Shown: positions 7,204 to 14,943 of the stretch, one piece after another
How the letters are laid out: every line of letters begins with the position of its first letter
Position numbering within the stretch: the first letter of the stretch is position 1
NCBI GenBank assembly: GCA_043812655.1
Contig: JBDRLW010000019.1
Span: forward strand, 1 to 23,769
Reading direction: 5' to 3'
DNA from: a bacterium
GTDB taxonomy: Bacteria > Margulisbacteria > WOR-1 > O2-12-FULL-45-9 > XYB2-FULL-48-7
Length of the DNA: 23,769 bases
Position numbers and translations under genes: made by a program
Notes under the pieces: generated by a model
What the model was told of the DNA's origin: nothing
The model's input: only the letters and a program-made list of their open reading frames with translations
The model's database searches: none

Positions 7204-7701
7204 ATGAATAAAAAAGTTGAAAAGTATTTGATCGCGGTTTGGCTTCTGGCGGCCGTAGGCTTATGGGGTGCTGGTTTATGGTTAGCGGGGTGCGGTACAG
7301 TAAGCGGGTCAGCTTCCGGCTGTGGCACGACTTACACTGGAGTTACCGCGGGGGGCTGTAGCATCACGCTGGTAAAGCCCGCAAATGGAGAAGAAGTAAC
7401 TTTGCCCTACCGCTTTGAATGGACTACCAACGGCGGCTGTACCACGCCTTATAAATTTGCAATCACCGGGAATCCTCCTGGCAATCAGGGGGGGACTGAA
7501 AAGACATGGAGTTTATCTGTTGGCTATGTTGATCCTTATGATAACGGAAGCTATATTACTGCTAATAACGGGGCGTTGTGGTTGCAGGCCGCTGATCTGG
7601 CTAACGCGGGAGTGACTAGTACTGATGGCTGTTACCAGTGGACGGTCAGCAACTCTTCACAAGCTTCTTATCCAAGCACCTATTCCTTTAAAGCAAAGTA
7701 A
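7204..7701 (+). CDS. Cys/Gly/Thr-rich lipoprotein with Ig/FN3-like module
   Basis: Lipobox WLAGC after a hydrophobic stretch; ITLVKPANGEEV...FEWT...YQWTV pattern. Start ATG 7204 chosen by RBS. Confidence 0.65.
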   Translation: MNKKVEKYLIAVWLLAAVGLWGAGLWLAGCGTVSGSASGCGTTYTGVTAGGCSITLVKPANGEEVTLPYRFEWTTNGGCTTPYKFAITGNPPGNQGGTEKTWSLSVGYVDPYDNGSYITANNGALWLQAADLANAGVTSTDGCYQWTVSNSSQASYPSTYSFKAK

Positions 7702-7703
7702 AA

Positions 7704-8108
7704 GTGAAAAGGGCCCTGGTTTATTTGTTTTTGGCGGTCTTGACCGTCAGCGGTTTAGTATTTTTATTGAGCCAAATTTATTACCCCAGGCCGTCAATAG
7801 AAATCCTACCGGCTATGATCGACCTCGGTGTTATCCAAAAAAATAAAAGCTATGTCCGCCCCTTTGTCATTCAAAATAAAGGGAAGGCGCTTCTGACGAT
7901 CAATAAAATCAGGTTAGCTTGCGGCTGTACAACAGTCAATATTTCCACGGCGCAGGTCGCGCCGGGCCAGGCAACAATGGTTGAAATGACTTTTACCGAA
8001 AAGACGACCGGCGAAGTCGAAAAAAAGATCTATCTCCACAGCAACGATCCTCGCCGCCTGATAACCGCGCTGACTATCAGGGCAAAAGTCGTTGCTCAGT
8101 TGAACTAA
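7704..8108 (+). CDS. DUF1573 (Ig-like, CGC motif) membrane-anchored protein
   Basis: N-terminal TM helix; IDLG, F.IQN.GKALL.I..I..ACGCTT, IYLHSNDP motifs; GTG start. Confidence 0.85.
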   Translation: MKRALVYLFLAVLTVSGLVFLLSQIYYPRPSIEILPAMIDLGVIQKNKSYVRPFVIQNKGKALLTINKIRLACGCTTVNISTAQVAPGQATMVEMTFTEKTTGEVEKKIYLHSNDPRRLITALTIRAKVVAQLN

Positions 8109-8165
8109 GCCTCCCTTACAAGATATAATAGAGTTGTTAATTTTTAAAGCAAGGAGAGATCTGTT

Positions 8166-9743
8166 ATGAAAGTATTGGCAATGGATAAGACCGCCGAAGA
8201 AGGATTGAAGATAATTAGAGATGCGGGGATCGAGGTTGATTCAAAAGCGGGGCTGAAAGAAGATGAATTAATTAAAATTATTCCAGCTTACGATGCTTTA
8301 ATTGTCCGTTCCGAAACTAAGGTCACCCCTAAAATAATTGAAGCCGGGAAAAACCTGAAAATTATTGCCAGGGCTGGCGTTGGTGTTGATAATGTTGACC
8401 TGCCGACCGCGACTAAAAATGGCGTTATCGTCGTTAATTCACCGGAAGGGAACACCGTGGCAGCCGCCGAACATACCTGGGCGATGCTTCTTGCCATGGC
8501 GAGGCAGATCCCCCAAGCCCACGGCAAATTAAGAACAGGAGTTTGGGACAAGAAGTCTTTTAAAGGGGTAGAAGTATTAAATAAAACCTTGGGCGTAGTT
8601 GGGCTTGGCAAGATCGGCCGCCGGGTTGTCGCTTACGCTTTGGGGATGGGGATGAGGGTGATCGGTTCCGATCCTTTTGTGAATGCCGATTATGCCAAGA
8701 GCCTGGGGATCGAACTGAAAACTTTTGACGAAGTTATCAAAGAAGCTGATTTTATCACCTTCCACATTCCGAAAACAAAAGAAACGGCCGGTTTAATTAA
8801 CGCCGAAAAGATCGCGCAGATGAAAAAAGGCGTGCGGCTGGTTAATGTCGCCAGAGGCGGGATCATCGACGAAAAAGCCCTTTACGACGCGCTCAAGAGC
8901 GGCCAGGTCAAAGCGGCGGCCATCGATGTCTTTGCCAAAGAACCGTGCGATAAAAGCCCATTGTTTGAATTAGATAATATTGTCGTTACTCCGCACCTTG
9001 GCGCTTCAACCGTTGAAGCCCAGGTTAACGTGGCGGTCGATGTGGCAGAGCAGATCGTTGAAGTCTTGAAAGGCGGGGCCGCCAGATCGGCAGTCAATAT
9101 CCCGTCGATGAAGCCGGAATTGATCACCCCCGTCCGGCCCTTTATGGGGATCGCCGAAAAATTGGGAAGCCTGGCTGCTCAACTGGTTAAGGGGGCGGTC
9201 GTCAAAGTTGAAGTCAATTATTTTGGTGAAGTGGCGGAAAAAAATGTCTCGCCGCTCACGACCATTGTCTTAAAAGGTTTATTGACCCCAATGATGGACG
9301 TAAAAATAAATTTTGTTAACGCGCCACTCGTAGCCAAAGAGCGGGGGATCGAGATCATTGAAAGCAAAAACCAAGACGCCAAAGATTTCGCGAATTTAAT
9401 TTCCTTGACGATCAAAACAGAGCAAGAAACCAGGGAGATTGGCGGGACGGTTTTTGCTGGGGTAGGCGATCGCTTGGTTTCGATCGACGGCTATCAGGTT
9501 GACGCTGTCCCAGAAGGCTATATGCTGATCCTCTCCAATATTGATAAGCCGGGGATGATCGGTAAGATCGGGACTTTCTTGGGAAAACATAACATTAATA
9601 TCGCGGCCATGGATGTTGGCCGTCAAAAGATCGGTGAAAAAGCGGTCATGGTCCTCAATGTCGATAGCCCGTTATCAAATGAGCTCCTCGCTGAAATTAC
9701 CAAGATCGAAGGGATCGCCGGGGCCAAACTTGTTCGGATTTAA
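8166..9743 (+). CDS. serA: D-3-phosphoglycerate dehydrogenase (long type with ASB and ACT domains)
   Basis: IVRSETKVT, ARAGVGVDNVD, GLGKIG, NVARGGIIDE, TPHLGAST.EAQ; C-terminal DKPGMIG...NIA ACT domain. TTGAAC-18-TATAAT (8100-8129) and AAGGAG upstream. Confidence 0.97.
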   Translation: MKVLAMDKTAEEGLKIIRDAGIEVDSKAGLKEDELIKIIPAYDALIVRSETKVTPKIIEAGKNLKIIARAGVGVDNVDLPTATKNGVIVVNSPEGNTVAAAEHTWAMLLAMARQIPQAHGKLRTGVWDKKSFKGVEVLNKTLGVVGLGKIGRRVVAYALGMGMRVIGSDPFVNADYAKSLGIELKTFDEVIKEADFITFHIPKTKETAGLINAEKIAQMKKGVRLVNVARGGIIDEKALYDALKSGQVKAAAIDVFAKEPCDKSPLFELDNIVVTPHLGASTVEAQVNVAVDVAEQIVEVLKGGAARSAVNIPSMKPELITPVRPFMGIAEKLGSLAAQLVKGAVVKVEVNYFGEVAEKNVSPLTTIVLKGLLTPMMDVKINFVNAPLVAKERGIEIIESKNQDAKDFANLISLTIKTEQETREIGGTVFAGVGDRLVSIDGYQVDAVPEGYMLILSNIDKPGMIGKIGTFLGKHNINIAAMDVGRQKIGEKAVMVLNVDSPLSNELLAEITKIEGIAGAKLVRI

Positions 9744-10530
9744 TTGGTTCCAAAAGAAACGAAAAGTTGGCTTGGTTTTAGGTGGCGGGGTGGCCAGAGG
9801 GATCGCCCACATTGGTGTTTTGAAGGCTTTGCAAGAGAGAAAAGTACCGATCGATTATGTTGTCGGGACCTCTTCCGGTAGTTTTGTCGGCGCCGCATTT
9901 GCCGCGGGAATGGATGTTGCCTTGATCGAGCAGATAGCTTTGCGTATCCACTGGGGCGAGTTTTTTAAATTTTCCTTCTTCCGCCCGGGCCTCATCTCCA
10001 GCCAAGCGATCGAAGATTTTGTCATTAAATATATTGGTGACCTCAAGTTTTCCGAGCTCAAGATCCCTTTTGCCGCTGTCGGGACTGATATTAAAAATGG
10101 CGACCAAGTAGTAATAAGCGAAGGGAAAATTGCCGCGGCAGTTGCTGCCAGCGCGGCTTTTCCCGGTTTTTTCGCCCCGGGGGAATTTAAAGGGAAGATC
10201 ATTATTGATGGGGGGATCGCGGCCAACGTTCCAGTTAAAGCCGCTAAACAAATGGGCGCGGAGTATGTGATCGCTTCCGATGTCATCTTAAGAAAAGCAG
10301 TCCATAGCGTGCCGCATGATCCGGGGCAGGTCTTGGGCCGCTCGCTTGACTTGATCTTTAAAAAATTAAGCTGTGAGGAAGCAAAGTTGGCAGATGTCTT
10401 GATCGAACTGGAAATGGAAGAAGATATCTGGCACATTGATCTCCATAAAGCGAAAAAATTGATCACCGCCGGCGAAGTTGCCGCGCACCGACATCTCCAC
10501 CAGATCTCTAAAGACCTAGGGCTTCGATAA
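9730..10530 (+). CDS. Patatin-like phospholipase/esterase (RssA/NTE family)
   Basis: LVLGGGVARGIAHIG, GTSSG nucleophile and DGG motifs. Probable start is TTG 9730 overlapping the serA stop; the track's 9613 start lies inside serA. Confidence 0.92.
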   Translation: MFGFNWFQKKRKVGLVLGGGVARGIAHIGVLKALQERKVPIDYVVGTSSGSFVGAAFAAGMDVALIEQIALRIHWGEFFKFSFFRPGLISSQAIEDFVIKYIGDLKFSELKIPFAAVGTDIKNGDQVVISEGKIAAAVAASAAFPGFFAPGEFKGKIIIDGGIAANVPVKAAKQMGAEYVIASDVILRKAVHSVPHDPGQVLGRSLDLIFKKLSCEEAKLADVLIELEMEEDIWHIDLHKAKKLITAGEVAAHRHLHQISKDLGLR

Positions 10531-10638
10531 AAGCCTCCTTTTTTTTCCACAAACATCAAAAAGAATGAAATTATTTACATTATCTAATGATAATAAGTGT
10601 AGGATGATTATAAGCTAACAGGAGGTTGGATAATAATG
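10509..10638 (+). repeat. Degenerate direct repeat, copy A (patatin 3' end + promoter + RBS)
   Basis: TAAAGACCTAGGGCTTCGATA ... AAACATCAA ... TGAAATTATT ... ATTATC ... TGATAATAAG ... AGGAT ... TAACAGGAGG ... ATG. Confidence 0.8.
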
Positions 10639-11661
10639 TCTAATGTAATAAAAAGGCAGATTGTGTCGTTTGTTGAAGCGGCGCGTAAATATTCGGCATC
10701 AAAAACCGCATACCAAAAATTATTAGGTAAGAAAGGGAACAAAGATAGAGGAGCTGCTGTAGATGGAGCAAGAAGGGATTTATTGAGAATCGGGGGTTTA
10801 TTAGCGGTGGAAACGGCTGTCACAATTACTGGTGCGACTGCATGTGTTGTTGGAGTAAATCATTTCTTTGAAGCAAGAAGCAGAGCTGAAAGATTAGAAA
10901 GGGCTCGCGCTGCTTTGGCAAAATTTCCTAGAGTCACTCAATTTGCCCCCAAAGAAATAAATGATTTGGACGCCATGAAAGATAAACAGAAATTCTTGTC
11001 GCAGTTGTCACAATATTTGGATCCGGCCTTAGAGACTCTAAAAAGAGGCGAGATCTATTATCTGCAGGAAGCAGCTCTTTGGATTGTTAATGTTAAAAAT
11101 ATAGGGCAGTTACAAGAACATCAGGCTCTACTCCAACATAGCAATGTGGCTAACGGAGCCGCAGCAGGACAATTATTTAATGGTAGGGGGAGGAGAGACA
11201 ATAAATTCAAGCTTGATCTGGGACAATCATCAACTCCATTAAGCGATAGGACGGGACTAATGATAATTAATCTTGATAGCGTTAGGGCGGCTTTTGGGAA
11301 CTCAGATTTATGCCTAAAAGTGACAATTTATCATGAGATGTCTCATTATGCGGAATATTTGGCAGGATTATTTGATCCGGTTAGAGATTTACCCGAGCCA
11401 AAGGGTTTTCCAGGAATTGGACACGTTTTAGAGCCGCTTTTAGAGATTACTCCTTGTTTGGATACTTTAGAGTATCTTGATGGTCATCAAGGCAGTGAGC
11501 AGGATTGTTATCGAAGCAACTTTTTATATGCGCAGCAAAATATTGATGAGGTTTGGCGATTAAGAGCAAGACTTGAACCCGTATATCAGGCGGTTATTGA
11601 TCAATTGTTAGGGGTTGAAGGGGAAAGAATAAGGTCTCTTGGCTTGAAATTATATAATTAA
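10636..11661 (+). CDS. Orphan protein with HExxH zinc-metalloprotease-like motif and twin-arginine-like segment
   Basis: TIYHEMSHYAEY (11332-11346 = HEMSH); ARRDLLR followed by a hydrophobic stretch at residues 45-75; GGAGG RBS; AT-rich. Confidence 0.6.
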   Translation: MSNVIKRQIVSFVEAARKYSASKTAYQKLLGKKGNKDRGAAVDGARRDLLRIGGLLAVETAVTITGATACVVGVNHFFEARSRAERLERARAALAKFPRVTQFAPKEINDLDAMKDKQKFLSQLSQYLDPALETLKRGEIYYLQEAALWIVNVKNIGQLQEHQALLQHSNVANGAAAGQLFNGRGRRDNKFKLDLGQSSTPLSDRTGLMIINLDSVRAAFGNSDLCLKVTIYHEMSHYAEYLAGLFDPVRDLPEPKGFPGIGHVLEPLLEITPCLDTLEYLDGHQGSEQDCYRSNFLYAQQNIDEVWRLRARLEPVYQAVIDQLLGVEGERIRSLGLKLYN

Positions 11662-11694
11662 TAAGATAACCAAGCTTTTTATTTCCCATTAGAT

Positions 11695-11834
11695 TAAAGC
11701 CCTAAAGCTTCGATAGAAAAAACCTCTTTTTCCTACAGTTCCAAAGCATAAACATCAATAAAAAGTGAAATTATTGTAATTATCGGCTGATAATAAGCCA
11801 GAGGATTTTGGTTTAACAGGAGGATTAAATTATG
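11695..11834 (+). repeat. Degenerate direct repeat, copy B
   Basis: TAAAGCCCTAAAGCTTCGATA ... AAACATCAA ... TGAAATTATT ... ATTATC ... TGATAATAAG ... AGGAT ... TAACAGGAGG ... ATG. The TGAAA core is exactly 1200 bp from copy A. Confidence 0.8.
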
Positions 11835-13556
11835 TATATAAATAATGTTCGAGATACAGGCCCTTCATTTATGGCTTTTCCCGCAGTAACAGGGATGACT
11901 GCGCTCTTAGTCCCCATAGCGCTATTTTTATTTAGTTGTCTTGATGAATATGTTAACCTCGAAAGCGACCAATGCGATAGTGAAAACGGTAAAGTTGCTA
12001 GTGGGACCAAGCGCGAATCTTATAGTGGCAGTCAACGTAATCTTGAATCTGGAGGGCCTTGCCGCCCCAAAATTGAAGAATGTAAAAATGGGGAATGGGC
12101 CGAAATCCAAAATGAAATTATCCCAAAACAGGAAGAATGTAATAATATTGATGACGATTGTGATGGGCTCGTCGACAGTTTTAACCGGACGTTAGAATAC
12201 GAAGGGCCAGAAGGGACTCTGGGTGTTGGGATTTGCCGCGCCGAAACGCAGCGTTGTGCTGAAGGTGATTGGGAGCCATATTTTGCCCCAATAACGCCAC
12301 GAGCGGAAATTTGCAATTGCCTGGATGATAATTGTGATGGGAATATCGATGAAGGCTTAGCTTGGACAAAAGCTTGGCCGGTTAGTAATTATGAAAGATA
12401 TCGGCAAGTCGTTGATCTTAAACAGATAAATGGCGGGTATGTGTTGGCTGTTACCAACCAAGCAGGAATAGCTTATAGTGAAGGCGATGACTTAAGTGAA
12501 ACTGACGCCAAGATCTTAAAGACCGATGAATCTGGAAATATTATTTGGTTCAATCTATTTCCCGAATATTTTCGATCAATGAGTTTCCGGAGCGAACCAG
12601 CTAAAATAATTGCCGATGAAACTGGTTATACGGTTGTTGGTCGGGGGTTTGATTGGCAATCTTCTCCCTTACAGCAAGTTGTCTTGGCGAAGTTTACTTC
12701 CGATGGCCAGGCTGTTTGGCAAAAAAACTATACTATTTATGAGGAGCAAGAACAATATTACTTCAATATCGTGACCTCTCTTGATGGGACAAGCGATGGC
12801 GGGTATGTTTTTTCCGGCTATGTTTTTGGCGCGAATGTAAATGACAGCCATGGCTGCTTTATTATCAAGACGGATGAGGCGGGAGAAGAAAATTGGCGAT
12901 TTAATTTTGGATCAGAATTTTGTTCACCTGCCCTTGTTGGCCAGGGGAGTAATGGAGAATATGTGGCCTTGGGCACAAGCAGGAATTCGAGCTTGGCAGA
13001 CGAACTTGCTTGGATGAGAAAGTTCGACCAAACGGGGATACAGACATTTAATCAATCGCTATATTCTCCTTCGGGGGCTACATTGCAGATCGATGTTGCC
13101 GCGAAAAATCTGTTGGGAGGATATTTTTTAGCTAGTGGCAAGGTAGTAGACGAGCGCAACAATGCCGTTTTTTCGATGGCCAAAGTAAATGAAAATGGTT
13201 CCATTACAGGAGAAAGTTCATTTACGAGACAGGTTTCAACATATGGCTTCGAATTAAACTCGATCTACCCCAAGCTTGATGGTGGAGTTATCTTGGGAGC
13301 GAAGGATAGACGTTTTGCCTTTTCTTACATTTACGATGTAACCTCTGAAGGGATAGTTCAGGCGGAAAGAAGCTATATTACTTATCTAATGAGTCCGCAA
13401 AATAGTGACCGTTATGTGGTTTCAGCCTTTGGAGCAGGGACAAATGGCGGGATCATGGCTACTGGTATGTTTGCCAGAGCAGTCACTGATGGCAGCCTTG
13501 AATTTGGCGCTTTTTTAGGCAATCTCTGTTTAAGATCAAACCAGTTACAGCCCTAA
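11832..13556 (+). CDS. Putative lipoprotein with Cys/Asp-rich 'ExCxxxDDxCDGxxD' repeats and C-terminal beta-propeller
   Basis: Hydrophobic segment ending LFSC; EECNNIDDDCDGLVD and EICNCLDDNCDGNIDEG repeats; repeated blades such as KTDESGNIIW, KFTSDGQAVWQKNY, DGGYVFSG, KTDEAGEENW. Confidence 0.75.
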   Translation: MYINNVRDTGPSFMAFPAVTGMTALLVPIALFLFSCLDEYVNLESDQCDSENGKVASGTKRESYSGSQRNLESGGPCRPKIEECKNGEWAEIQNEIIPKQEECNNIDDDCDGLVDSFNRTLEYEGPEGTLGVGICRAETQRCAEGDWEPYFAPITPRAEICNCLDDNCDGNIDEGLAWTKAWPVSNYERYRQVVDLKQINGGYVLAVTNQAGIAYSEGDDLSETDAKILKTDESGNIIWFNLFPEYFRSMSFRSEPAKIIADETGYTVVGRGFDWQSSPLQQVVLAKFTSDGQAVWQKNYTIYEEQEQYYFNIVTSLDGTSDGGYVFSGYVFGANVNDSHGCFIIKTDEAGEENWRFNFGSEFCSPALVGQGSNGEYVALGTSRNSSLADELAWMRKFDQTGIQTFNQSLYSPSGATLQIDVAAKNLLGGYFLASGKVVDERNNAVFSMAKVNENGSITGESSFTRQVSTYGFELNSIYPKLDGGVILGAKDRRFAFSYIYDVTSEGIVQAERSYITYLMSPQNSDRYVVSAFGAGTNGGIMATGMFARAVTDGSLEFGAFLGNLCLRSNQLQP

Positions 13557-14885
13557 CGCTTCGATCCTTGAATTCAAAGTAGAGCGGGGGATACCTAATA
13601 TTTTAGCGGCTTGAGAGTGATTGTTACCGCTTTCAGCCAGGGCTCTCACTATCAATTGTTTTTCGTGCTTTTCGAGCGAGACGTTCAAATTTTCCAGCGC
13701 CGCCGCTTCTTCAGTGGAGCCAAAGGGGAGTTCGTCTTCAGTAATAATTGATCCAGCAGCCAAGACTACCAGGCGTTCGATCAAATTTTGCAGTTCCCGG
13801 ACATTGCCCGGCCAGTCATATTCGAGCAGTGATCGCATCGCTTCGGGCGAGATCTTTTTTACCTGCTTATTTAATTCTTTGTTGAACTTTTCTAGGAAAT
13901 GGCTGATCAGTAGTGGCAGATCTTCCTTTCTTTCTCTAAGCGGCGCTAAATTGAGGGGGATAACGTTCAAACGATAATATAAGTCGCTCCGAAATTTACC
14001 GTCATCGATCGCTTTTTTGAAGTCAAGATTGGTGGCCGAGATGATCCGGACGTTAACCGGCAGGCCTTTTTCACTCCCAACGCGTTCGATAATTTTATCT
14101 TCCAGTACCCGCAAGAGCTTAGATTGCATCGCTGGCGGCATACAACCAATCTCATCTAGAAAAAGTGTGCCGCTATCGGCGAGTTCAAACTTGCCAAGCT
14201 TTCTCTCCTGTGCCCCGGTGAAAGAACCCCGCTCGTGGCCAAAGAGTTCTGATTCCAGGAGGTTTTCCGGGATGGCCGCGCAGTTGACGGCCACAAAAGG
14301 CTTGCTGGCGCGCTTACTGTTGTTATGGATGGCGTGGGCCACCAGCTCTTTACCGGTCCCCGATTCGCCGTTGATCAAAACAGTGCTGTCGGTCGGGGCG
14401 ATCCGCTCAATTGCCTGGAAAAGCTTTTTCATGGCCGGGGAATTGCCGATCAGGTTGCTGTAACCGGTTGTTTCCTTCAGGGTGGTTTTTAGATAAACAT
14501 TTTCTTTGACCAACGCTTGTCTTTCGAGGCCTTTTTCAATCACGACCATTAATTCCTTAACGTCAAAAGGCTTGGTCAGGTAATCGAGGGCGCCAAGCTT
14601 CATGGCCTCAACAGCGGAGACGACATCTTTGGTCGCGGTGATCATAATGACTTCAAGGTTGGGGTCGGCAGCTTTGATGGCTTTTAAGGTCTCTAACCCA
14701 TCCATTTTGGGCATTTTCATGTCCAGCAGGATCAAGGCAACGGGATTATCCTTTAATAATTCAAGGCCTTTTTGGCCGGATGTAGCGGTTAGAACCTCAT
14801 ACTTTTTGGTTAAAATGGAACGGTAAGTTTCGAGGACATCAGCTTCATCATCGATCGCTAGGATCAGTGGTTTTTGGCTGGGCAT
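13545..14885 (-). CDS. sigma54-dependent response regulator (NtrC/AtoC family: REC-AAA+-Fis HTH)
   Basis: IDDE...LLDMKMP receiver; GESGTGKE Walker A; ESELFGHERGSFTGA; LFLDEI; WPGNVRELQN; AAKILGIPRSTL HTH. Confidence 0.96.
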   Translation of the reverse strand: MPSQKPLILAIDDEADVLETYRSILTKKYEVLTATSGQKGLELLKDNPVALILLDMKMPKMDGLETLKAIKAADPNLEVIMITATKDVVSAVEAMKLGALDYLTKPFDVKELMVVIEKGLERQALVKENVYLKTTLKETTGYSNLIGNSPAMKKLFQAIERIAPTDSTVLINGESGTGKELVAHAIHNNSKRASKPFVAVNCAAIPENLLESELFGHERGSFTGAQERKLGKFELADSGTLFLDEIGCMPPAMQSKLLRVLEDKIIERVGSEKGLPVNVRIISATNLDFKKAIDDGKFRSDLYYRLNVIPLNLAPLRERKEDLPLLISHFLEKFNKELNKQVKKISPEAMRSLLEYDWPGNVRELQNLIERLVVLAAGSIITEDELPFGSTEEAAALENLNVSLEKHEKQLIVRALAESGNNHSQAAKILGIPRSTLNSRIEALGL

Positions 14886-14891
14886 AAATAA

Positions 14892-14935
14892 ATTTTAACA
14901 TAATTGGAAAGAAGGGTCAAAAATTATGTTAAAAT
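14892..14935. promoter_or_regulatory. Symmetric divergent promoter (14-bp perfect inverted repeat)
   Basis: ATTTTAACATAATT (14892-14905) / AATTATGTTAAAAT (14922-14935). Each arm contains a TG-T-TAAAAT extended -10; the minus strand also has TTGACC at 17 bp spacing. Confidence 0.8.
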
Positions 14936-14943
14936 ACTATCAA

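Noticed and set aside
10519..10546. Terminator after the patatin gene (GGCTT-CGATAA-AAGCC + T run)
   Set aside because: The stem is only 5-6 bp and is separated from the T tract. It is possible but too weak to list as a feature.
9855..10559. 234-aa minus-strand ORF, and the other short antisense or nested ORFs in the track
   Set aside because: They lie on top of well-supported genes (here the patatin) and have no motifs or RBS; these are shadow ORFs.
10579..10597. Fur box (GATAAT hexamers) upstream of the 10636 and 11832 genes
   Set aside because: The hexamers are arranged ATTATC-N4-GATAAT, the reverse of the Fur GATAAT...ATTATC geometry.
11645..11670. TGAAATT...GATAAC as a fourth copy of the sigma28-like motif
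   Set aside because: The spacing is 2-3 nt shorter than in the other copies, it overlaps the end of a coding region, and it is in very AT-rich DNA.
10509..11834. CRISPR array or classical integron attC interpretation of the direct repeat
   Set aside because: There are only two degenerate copies 1.2 kb apart, no recognisable RYYYAAC...GTTRRRY attC hairpin, and no cas or integrase gene in the window.
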